64,000 nucleotides of DNA from Macrostomum lignano. Its lineage: Eukaryota. Positions 23,245 through 32,815 of this stretch are shown here, in pieces; positions within the stretch are counted from its first letter, which is position 1, and each line of letters begins with the position of its first letter. The stretch spans positions 1 to 64,000 of the forward strand of contig NIVC01000471.1 of assembly GCA_002269645.1 (NCBI GenBank), in the 5' to 3' direction. The translations under genes were made by a program, and so were the position numbers. The notes beneath the pieces were generated by a model. The model had not been told where the DNA came from. It did no database searches and was given only the letters and a program-made list of their open reading frames with translations.

Positions 23245-25421
23245 ACTACATATCGTGCAGAAACTGCCAAGTTATTAGGCAGATTTGACGCAAAAAACGC
23301 AAATTATACTACTATCTGAAAATGAAGTAAGTAGTATACGAAAACTCTATCCTAAGCGTGATATATGGCAATATGTAGTTGTAATAATCCATGTGCTCAT
23401 ATATGTACATTAATTCCATGTACATTAATCCTTACTATCTCAAAATGGATATGTACATTAATTCCATGTACATTAATCCTTACTATCTCAAAATGGATAT
23501 GTACATTAATTCCATGTACATTAATCCCTATCCCAAATTGTCTATGTCTATCCCCAATTCTATATGTACGCAGTATGTGCATTAATCCACATGTACAGTG
23601 TCATCCCCAGACGGCCAGCGCGCGCGCACCAAAATTACAACTCGAAACCCTACTACATGTACAGTTGTACAATCTCATCCAAATGACTCAACTAATTGTA
23701 CAGCTCACATCGTATATAAACTATTTACAAAGAAGATATATTTACATTAAATCAGTAGCATATTACAGGAAATAATTTATATACAACATTACCAGCAAAT
23801 AAAATATACACAAAAAATTTACATTGTTTTTTTCAATAATTTTCTCTTCATAAATGATTTTAAACAAGTTTGACACGCAAAATATGTACAATAGATTTTT
23901 ACATTGGCAATTTCGCCGCATACAATACAAAAATGCTTTATGTACATTTGTATAGTAGTCTGTAACTGTTCATTACTTTAACATGCAAATTATGTACAAC
24001 AAATAGATTTTACTAATTTTATAATGCAAAATGTACATTGAATTGTCAGTCACCATTATTTATAGCCATAAGGCCTGCTGCAGGCCCCGTACATCCGTTT
24101 CGTCAGGACGCGCTGAAACGTCTTGTCCATACTGATCGTGTGTATAATACAAGACGCCTTGTCGCGCCTGAACTGAAACTGCGGCAGCTGCAGAGAGCCG
24201 CCGTGTAGCAGGGTGTTGCGCAAGTCGTCGCTACGCTCCCGAATCTCCGGAGTCAGGCGGATGCCCTTGCATTTCAGGACTTGGCTGCGGACACCAGCAG
24301 CATCCTCGACAATGTAAGTGTAGAGCTTGGCCCCCCCCACTTACAAAGTCGGTCATCCGGCTGCCTGCGGGCACCTCATTGGTCCACATTCCGAGGCTCG
24401 TGCCATGGGGCGGCTCCCATTGGCCCTCGGAATGCCGGTAAACGACCCTGTGTGGGAGAGAAAAACGAAATAATTAGTTCCACATGCTAACTATTCAATT
24501 CTAAAAGAATTTTTCCAATGCAATGCTTACGAGTCAGTGTCGCAGTAAATGGCCCGTTCGCCGAGCCCCTCCAATGCCTCGTACAGGCGCAGCTGGGCCT
24601 GCGTGGTCGTAAAGACTCCGATTGGCACATTGGAGTACCTGAATGGCCGCTGATTAAAGTAACGGTGCCGGTACTCTAGCAGCATAAACTCGCTGCCAAT
24701 CGGTTCGCAGGCCTTGACTTTGAGGTTGGGGTCGGTCAGCCGGGCGAGCCAGTCCTCGTAGCTGGACACAATCTCAGTCGAGGTCAGGTCGTCACGCTGA
24801 CAAAATTTGCCCCAGAGCCTGTGTAGTGAAAAGAAAAGCTACTGTTAGTAGAAGAAATCATTTAAAAAAACAAATTTTATGAATACTTACGAATTCAAAA
24901 AGATTTTCGCTACAAAGCGAAGTCCTGGGTTGGGCTCGACCTTGTCAAGCGTGACACCCTCCTTGGCGTAAAAATCGGCAATGTAGGCCGCCTTATCTTC
25001 ATCCGACATGCCGGGGGAGCCGCTCGATTCGGCCTTCATCTTGAGGAAGGCGTTTACATAATCACCGAACAGACCGGTCCGCTTCTCTGTCCAGTAGGCC
25101 AGCGCGTGAACAGCCTGCAGACGGTAGCCCAACTGGAAGGCCTTTTGCAGCTCCGGCGTTGCCCAGGTGCCAGTCAGCGCCCGTTTTTGGTCTGAGTGGT
25201 CGCAGCCGCTGCACTGCTGCTCCATACAGGTGCGGCAAAGCCCAAAAAAGAGCTTCTTTTGCACCCTGTTGGGCAGCAGCGGAATGTGCAAATCTGACGG
25301 CGGCAACACAGTCACTTTGGCAATGCCAAAGTAGCTAGCCAGCGCGTAAGAGTTAAACGTCTGCGGCGTCGGATGTTGCACCGGGTGGCCAATCGGGTAT
25401 GGGTCTTTCGACTGCACCGTC
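23245..25421 (-). mobile_element. Polinton-like element copy A: PolB-side terminus plus pPolB 3' exons
   Basis: TIR at 23245-23692, AT-rich 3' flank, then pPolB exons 24891-25421, 24531-24818 and 24056-24447. Confidence 0.85.
24056..25421 (-). pseudogene. Protein-primed family B DNA polymerase, C-terminal exons (motifs B and C), 5'-truncated
   Basis: KIFLNS|LWGKF and YCDTDS|VVYR reassembled across GT-AG introns at 24819-24890 and 24448-24530. PKLYTY...KCKGIRL (KxY motif). A +1 shift sits in the C-run near 24335. Confidence 0.9.
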
Positions 25422-26019
25422 ACTACGTAATGTGCAGAAACTGCTGGGTTTTCAGAATTCTGACGCAAAAAACGCAAATTATACTACTATCTGAAAATGA
25501 AGTAAGTAGTATACGAAAACGCTATCCTAAGCGTGATATATGGCAATATGTAGTTGTAATAATCCATGTGCTCATATATGTACATTAATTCCATGTACAT
25601 TAATCCCTATCTATCTCAAAATGGATATGTACATTAATCCCATGTACATTAATCCCTATCCCAAATTGTCTATCCCCAATTCTATATGTACATGTGCATT
25701 AATCTACAGTGTCATCCCCAGACGGCCAGCGCGCGCGCACCAAAATTACAACTCGAAACCCTACTACATGTACAATCTCATCCAAATGAGTCAACACCCA
25801 AGTTTTACAAAGCACGTTATATACATATTCCTATTTATATGTCAATTATTCAAAACCTACATGTAGCTGATTACACTACTACCTTTAGTAGAGTTACAAA
25901 TCTAGATTCTATTGAAAAAGACTGTATTCATATAGTCTCACATTGGAAAAGCGTATATTTTCATTTCAATAGTTGAAACAGAGAGCAATAACAGCAAGGA
26001 GACAACAGCAAGTTGAGAC

Positions 26020-26478
26020 TTAATTATAGCCTGTACTACCAAACCCTCCTGCACCGCGAATTGAGTGACTGCCAGCGGCCTCCTCTTCGCCATTTCCCCT
26101 ATAGAGATCCCTTACAACTACGGGAGCAATCAATACACGCTCCAAAACTAATTGAGCGATACGGTAGCCCCGAGTTATGAACCAGTCCGCATTGCCATGA
26201 TTAAATATCACCACAGTCAATTCTCCAGTATAGTCAGGGTCAATCACGCCGGCGCCCACTTGTATAGACTTGCGCAACGCTAGCCCAGACCGGCCGGCAA
26301 TCCGAGCGTAGGTCCCATCAGGCGGTTGGATTGAAATTCCGAGAGGCACCTGCGCAACCGACCCGGCCCGGACAACAGCATCTTCAGAGGCAAAGAGATC
26401 GTAGCCAACAGAACCGATCGTCTGGCGAGCCGGCGGGCAGGCACCTTCAGTCAGCAGCGACACCTTTAAAGCAGCCAT
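26020..26478 (-). CDS. dut: Trimeric dUTPase, intact and intronless
   Basis: All five motifs present: SVGYDL, RIAGRSGLA, AGVIDPDYTGE, RIAQLV, RGAGGFGSTG. Confidence 0.95.
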   Translation of the reverse strand: MAALKVSLLTEGACPPARQTIGSVGYDLFASEDAVVRAGSVAQVPLGISIQPPDGTYARIAGRSGLALRKSIQVGAGVIDPDYTGELTVVIFNHGNADWFITRGYRIAQLVLERVLIAPVVVRDLYRGNGEEEAAGSHSIRGAGGFGSTGYN

Positions 26479-26799
26479 GGTAAGTTTTTGGGTTATAATC
26501 AGTCACAGTGTTTACACACGGAATGGTTTATAGTTTTTTCATTCTAAATATCATTACTCGAAAAAATGGTAAAAATCTCAACGCAATATTTAAATTTTGC
26601 AAAACAATTTACTTGAAAAGAATGTGCATGTGGATAACGTAAGTGTGCATACACAACATTTAATGATATAGCAAGTTGAGATATAATACGAGGTGCATGA
26701 AAATTTAGATTGAGTGCAGACACAACACTTGATAAAACAAGATATGTACAAGGTGCATGAAAATAAAAATGCGTGCAGGCACAACATTAAATTGTCAAC

Positions 26800-27634
26800 A
26801 AAGCCCCGAGCCGGGGAACAGGCTGTCCAATTCTGCGGCTGTTTCATAATGTAAATCAGCCTCATACACCCGCCGCTCCTTCACCGCCGTGTAATACGCA
26901 CGCTCTTCAGTGGGGCTACCAAAACAATAGTCAGCTAGCTAGAAAAGGGAATGGTAAAAAAAGTTTTCCGCTATAATGCATTGAAATTTTGAATCAGCAA
27001 TTAGTTGCAAAAAAAAAGTTTTCGGATAAAATGCAATTATTTACCATGTCCAAGTCGGGCTCGCGGCGCCATTGTCGCAAAAATTCTTGGTATGCGGCCT
27101 CGTCAGCAACAGCAGCAGCTTCCCCACTAGCAGCAACCGCACTATGCAGCCCCATCCGAGGGGCTAAATTAATACCTAATCGGCTGCTCTTCTTCTTCAT
27201 CTGCTTCAGACTGCTACTGCTGCTGTTGCCTTCAATAGTCGCGGCGGCGGCAGCGGTGGCGACTGCGGCATGTTCACAGGGGCTGGCCCCAGCAGTCCAC
27301 AGCCATTACCGGGCTGGCAGCATTCATTACCGCAGTAGCCACCACCGCACCAACCTTGAAAGTCGTCGTCAATGCTGCTGCTGCTGTCGCCACTGATGCT
27401 GCTGTTGGTGCTGCTGCTGCTGCTGCTGCCGCTACTACTGTTGCTGTCATACGCCAGAGTTAAAACCGGTCGGGCGATATAACGATGTGGCGGGTTCCGG
27501 CCTACTCGACCGCCTCCAACCCCGCACCACAGGATTGAAGGGGTTTTGCCGCAACGCACTGCTACCGCCACCGCAACTAACTGCTCCGCCGGCTCGTCTA
27601 CACTGCTACGGCTGCGGTTGCTGCTTCTGTTCAT
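26800..27634 (-). other. ORF-X: unidentified, probably spliced or frameshifted low-complexity gene of the element
   Basis: TATAAAA at about 27711-27717 (minus strand), ATG at 27634, donor-like ATG|GTAAAT near 27047, and an open downstream segment PTEERAYYTAVKERRVYEADL. Confidence 0.3.
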
Positions 27635-27989
27635 TGTGTGCTAATGTGTGTGTGTGTGTGTGTGGTTGATCGCAAATTTGAAAAGATTTTCAGTCTCGCA
27701 GAGGTCCCGTTTTTATAGTGATTTTGCGAGGTCTCTCATTGGCTCCGCCAGCCTGCAAGCAAGCAAGCAAGCAAGCCTGCCCAAACCCTAGCCCCGCCAG
27801 CGAGTTAGTCAGTCTGACTCAACAACAGCAATATCTGTTTTAATAATAAAATTTCAAAGTCTCGGTTATTTTCAATTTCAAAATAAATGAAATAAGACCA
27901 TTTTTAATTCCAGAGATGTTATTTGTCAATTCCAGTTTATTCAAAAAGATGGTTTTCACATTATTAGAGTTGATATAATCACAGAAACA

Positions 27990-28295
27990 CAAATTCCCAC
28001 AAGTAAAAATTATACAATTGAGAGTTAATTTTGTCGCGGTCAAATTGACTGCAAACAATATGGTGCTAACAGTTAATACCCACAGGTTCGCAACAGAATT
28101 ATTATTATATATGCGCTGCCCAGACTGCGGATTGAAATGTTACAATCAGCAGTGCTTTAATAATCACCGCCAAAAGAACCGGGCTGGCCGGTCTCGCTGC
28201 AACACCACCCGCGTCTGCCCCAATTGCGGTTATCAGGAGGAGCTAAAAGCAGGCCAGAAGGAGCCGGAACACAAGTGCGGCTATATCAAAGTTAT
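27990..28295 (+). pseudogene. Rearranged fragment of the pPolB N-terminal and zinc-finger region
   Basis: VKLTANNMVLTVN joined to CPDCGLKCYNQQCFNNHRQKNRAGRSRC, paralogous to copies B and C. Confidence 0.8.
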
Positions 28296-28589
28296 TACAC
28301 AAACTATATATTCCCACAAAAGCAATAATTATACAACCCACACATTACGAATATGAATATTCGGTTGAGAGCTGCTGCAGCATCAGCAAAAGCAGCTAGC
28401 AGCAGAAGAAGCAACAACAGCAGCATCAACTGCTTCAACAGCATCAGCCGGAGCGGCCACCAGCAGCAGCAGCAGCAGCAGCAACAGCTAGCAGCAAACC
28501 TACACATTACGAATATGAATAATCCCACACCAAACGCAATGATTATACAGCCCACACAAAAGAGTTTTTTAGCAATTGTCTTAATCATT

Positions 28590-29396
28590 TCACTCGACAC
28601 GCATTGGGGGCAGTTTGGCCTTGTCGCTGCTGTAGATTAGCTTAATTCGCTTGTTCTGTTCCTTGATCACAGCAGCCCAGGCAGCAAAGGCCGGCTCGTG
28701 GGGCCCAATCTGATGGGCCGGGGTCTTGAAAAGCTGTTCATCAGTCAGGCCAGCAGCCCAGCTCTCGAGCTCAGTCGAGTCCGGGTGATACGAGTGCCAC
28801 CACTTGTAGCTGCTGCCGCTGCCGCTGCCGCCGTCAGTCGTAGAAAGCTTCTTCACCTGCGGCTGCAGTTCAATCGGTGGCGGGGTGCCAGCACTGCGGC
28901 GGCGGTTGCCATTGCCGTCACCATCATTGCTGCTGCTGCAGCTGTTGAACCGCGATGATGGTTCCGAGGCCGTCTTGGGTGGTGGCGGCGGCGGCGGCGA
29001 CTGCGAGGCAAACAGCGAATCAACGTCAGCATCCATCAGAGCAGTCCACAATTCAGGGGTGAACTTGATGGAATATTTCCAACGCTCGCCCTCATCGCAG
29101 CCGGCCGGGTTGATGCGATGCAGCCAAATCTGGCTGTTTTTCACTTCCAGAATCTTGCGGCCGCTCTCACCCAGTTGAAACCGCTTATGACGAGAGTCGA
29201 GGACGTGCAGAGACTCAATAATCGGCCACGCCCGTTTGAGATGCTCCCACTCGATGCGAGTCAGAAACACGCCGGGAAAACCGTGCTTGTAGTTACCGTT
29301 CTTGTCAGTGTAGAAACGCCGAATCTCAATCAGTTCTCGATCAGTATCGAATGTGGGCTTGCGCACAACATAATTGTCAACAAGTGGAATAGACAT
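28590..29396 (-). CDS. PC4/Sub1-family ssDNA-binding protein (268 aa; possible second degenerate PC4 repeat; Pro/Ser-rich tail)
   Basis: IEIRRFYTDKNGNYKHGFPGVFLTRIEWEHLK fits the PC4 signature (vdiR.fy.d..g...p...Gi.L...qw..L). Open frame with its own TATA box. Confidence 0.75.
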   Translation of the reverse strand: MSIPLVDNYVVRKPTFDTDRELIEIRRFYTDKNGNYKHGFPGVFLTRIEWEHLKRAWPIIESLHVLDSRHKRFQLGESGRKILEVKNSQIWLHRINPAGCDEGERWKYSIKFTPELWTALMDADVDSLFASQSPPPPPPPKTASEPSSRFNSCSSSNDGDGNGNRRRSAGTPPPIELQPQVKKLSTTDGGSGSGSSYKWWHSYHPDSTELESWAAGLTDEQLFKTPAHQIGPHEPAFAAWAAVIKEQNKRIKLIYSSDKAKLPPMRVE

Positions 29397-29485
29397 TTTG
29401 ACAGAGTTTCACGGTGATAGAGCTGTTGCAAAGAGTGTCGGAGCGAGCGAGCGAGAATTCTGAAAAATCTCTCAGCAGCGTGGTC

Positions 29486-29761
29486 CTTTATATACCCGAG
29501 AAAAGCGACTGTACTCTGAGGAGGTGAGGCTGCGGTCTGCATTTTTCGTTCCTACAGCACTACCGGTTGGTTAGATACACTCACATCCAATTACAATCTG
29601 TATGAGAACGAAAATGATGGGGTATTTTCAGACCCCATCTTTTCTATACCAAGTTGGGGTCTGAGTGTACACTAATTTGCAAATGCAGTACAGGGGAAAG
29701 GGAAATAATGCACACGCGCTCTCTGCTTTTGCAGCATCCCCTCCTGCAGGGGTATATAAAG
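29486..29761. promoter_or_regulatory. Divergent promoter with two identical GGTATATAAAG TATA boxes
   Basis: Minus-strand box at about 29486-29496, about 90 nt before the PC4 ATG. Plus-strand box at 29751-29761, about 85 nt before the pPolB ATG at 29845. Confidence 0.65.
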
Positions 29762-29844
29762 GAGATTGTGGGAGCATCACCAGTCACAGCCGCTTCCGCA
29801 TCAGCCACAATCACACCAGCATCAGCAGCATCAGCAGAAGAAGA

Positions 29845-32545
29845 ATGGCATCAAAACGCCCAGCCGCTGAAGCCGCCATTTCAGCCTTGTGGGGACAGGC
29901 TGGCCCCTCCAGGCAGCAGCAGCAACCACAGCAGCAGCATCAGCCTCCGCCCGCAAAGAGGGGACGACAGCTAGGTGAGTCTTGCAAGTCTGTGTAAAAA
30001 TTTCTTTTTCATCTTTATCTTTTACGAAACTTCAAATTCGGGATTATTGAATAATATTGGGCTGTTCTCTGTAAAAACTGCTTTTTCATCTTTGGCATTC
30101 ATTTGGCTTTCGCAAACTCAAAATAAGGCTTATTGAAATAATAATAAGGGGCGGGCAGGCCGGTATTCAGGCGGCAGTGATAAAATCAACCCCCCCCCCG
30201 ATTTTTGGGCATGATGATGTAATCACCGCTGCAATTGACAGTAGGGGTTTTGGCAGCAATAAAACTTGGCTGCTACAGTGAGGGTTATTAATCAGACAGC
30301 TTTAAAAATCCAAAAGCGGCCGCGCGGTATTGTTGCTAGGTGTCAAGGAGGCACAATGGAGGCACGTGCTGATAGGGGGTTTTCTTAAATTTTACAATGT
30401 CTGCTGCGGCAGGATCTGTGTTATCAAGGGTCATCAATCAAACATTTTTGACAGCCTAAAATTCGAAGCGGGTTAATGAACCCCACATTTCTTTTGTTGC
30501 TACGTGTCGGAACGTGCCGAGTTGGGGTTTTTACAACTCGCCGATTTTTGTTGCTTGGGCCTGGGGCTATAAAATTGCTGCTGCTGCAGGGCAATCAATT
30601 AAGTTTTTGACAGTTTTTAAAATCCGAAGCGGTCAGAATTTTAGTCACCATGCGCATTTTTATTGCAGATTTGGCTCAATTTCAACCCCCGCCCCAGCCC
30701 GACACTGTTGAAGGCGATGGTAAGGAGTTAATTTTATTTCATGAGTCATTCACCCGCCGCCTCTCGCAATTCTAATTTCAAAACCCTCCATTTTTCAGGC
30801 TTCATTGCACACCTGGGCGGGGCAAAGGCCCTGCCAAAATTTAGAGCCAAGGGCTACGAATATGAAGTAGCATTAACAAATACTACCGATGTTCGCTTAA
30901 CGATTGCAGAGGTTATTTCTGTACTCTGTGCGGACCTACACAGTGATGATTTCATCTCTGCCAAACTAACGGCGGATAACATGCTGCTCACGGTTAATGT
31001 CCCGCCCGTCCGCGCCGCCCGCTTCACTGCAGAGCTTGTTTTCAAGCATATAAACAAGGTTCTGCAGTCGGACTCCAGTGTCTTGGGCAACAACTTTAAA
31101 TTTTTTTGCTGAAGGCCTAGGGGCGGCTGCGGCAGCCTAGATGCGGCGGAGAAACACATCCAGGCTCGCCATTCAATTTAGGGACGAGTAAAAAATCTTG
31201 CGCATTTTAATTTGCATTTTTATTAATATACAAATGTTTTAGTCTTTATCAACCATCACACAGGCCGAGCCTTTCGGGGTTGACATGCTACCCCAACTGC
31301 TGGCTGTTCTGAACGCCCAGTCACCCGGCTGGGATTTCGGCGTTCGTGTGTACAGCGCGGAGGAGGGCAACACGTGCGTGTATGCTCTGCCCGGCCACAC
31401 GGTGCTGAATCTGCACCTAATTGGTGGGCATTTAAATACTGTGTGTAAAGTGCCGCCATTTTTCGGGGCCCGCCGCTATTGCGACAGCTGCCAGCAGCCG
31501 TACGACTGCATCTCTGCGCTGAGCACAAGTGTGCCAATACCTGCCCTCAGTGTAAAGTGCCCGGCTCCAATTGTAAAAGCCTGTAGCGTTACTACAAACG
31601 CTGTGCTGTCTGCGGAATGAATTGTTACAATCCGCAGTGCTTCGAGAACCACCGCCAGAAAAACCGGGGCGGCAGGTCTCGCTGCAGCTCCATACGCCTC
31701 TGCCCCAAATGCGGGTATTGCGAAGAATTTAGTCGGACAAAAGGAGCCGGATCACAAGTGCGGGCATGTCAAGTTCCCACTGTGTAAACAGTACGACGAG
31801 GCCGGCTCGCATTTGTGCTTCGTCAAGGCTCCCAAAGTGAAAGCTTCGACTATGCCGTACGTGTTCTACGATACGGAAACGTACACGGATGAGGAGAAGC
31901 AGCATCACGTGCATCTGGTGACTGCCGTCACGTGTTGCGAGACCTGTTCCGGCCGGGCGTTTCCGCGCGAGACTTGCCGCCTCTGCAATGGCCTGCATAG
32001 CACAGCCAATTGTCTGACTGGCCGCGATCTGGGGGAGGAATTCTCCAATTGCGTCAGCCACTCAAACTGCGCCTGCCAAATGGCCGATTTTGTGGCTGGG
32101 GGCCCGGCCTCGCTGAATGCTTTTTTCGCCTGGCTGAGCACAACTTTCCGAGGCGGCGCCATTGTTGTCGCGCAAAATGCATCAGGCTACGATTCGTTTC
32201 TACTGCTTGGAGCTCTGCTCAACGGCCTGGCCAAGAAGCGGCCCCAAGTACTGTTCCAGGGCAGCCGGCTAATGAGCATGACGGTGGATAAATTGTCGAG
32301 GATGCGGCCGGTGTCCGGAGCCAGGTCCTGAAATGCAAGGGCATCCGCCTGACTCCGGAGATTCGGGAACGCAGCGACGACCTGCGCAACACCCTGCTAC
32401 ACGGCGGCTCTCTGCAGCTGCCGCAGTTTCAATTCAGGCGCGACAAGGCGTCTTGTACCATTCATACGATCAGTATGGACAAGACCTTTCAACGCGTCCA
32501 GACGAAACGTCTGTACGGAGGCTGCAGCAGGCCTTATGGTTATAA
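29845..32545 (+). pseudogene. pPolB copy B: exons 29845-29974, 30669-30719, 30799-about 31170, 31264 onward; palm deleted
   Basis: Phase-1/phase-1 compatible GT-AG junctions (RQL|D, GD|G). Zinc-finger cluster, ExoI VFYDTETY, ExoII QNASGYDSFLL. A deletion joins VDKL to the C-terminal EDAAGV...KCKG. Confidence 0.85.
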
Positions 32546-32815
32546 ATAATAATGTAGTCCTTGCGACTGACTATTAAATGTAAATTTTTGTATTGCTAAA
32601 ATTATTTGAGTTAAATCTATTTGTTGTACGATAATTTGCATGTCAAATGTACATAAAGCATTTTTGTATTGTATGCGGTGAAATTTCCAATGTAAAAATC
32701 TATTGTACATATTTTGTGTGTCAAACTTGTTTAAAATCATTAATGAAATAAAAATTATTGAAAAACAATACAAAATTTTCTGTATATTCTATTTGCTGAT
32801 AATGTTGTACATAAA

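Larger units (their letters stand above)
25422..32815 (+). mobile_element. Polinton-like element copy B (most complete): TIR, dUTPase, ORF-X, PC4, pPolB (internally deleted)
   Basis: Starts at the conserved terminus ACTACGTAATGTGCAGA with a TIR at 25422-25795. Truncated at 32815 in the PolB 3' flank. Confidence 0.8.

Noticed and set aside
23230-23300. Helitron-type 3' end (GTAG|T or CTAG|T with weak hairpin)
   Set aside because: The hairpin is not conserved among the three termini, there is no RepHel gene, and the same sequence flanks both dUTPase and PolB ends, as expected for a TIR. Kept only as an alternative to test.
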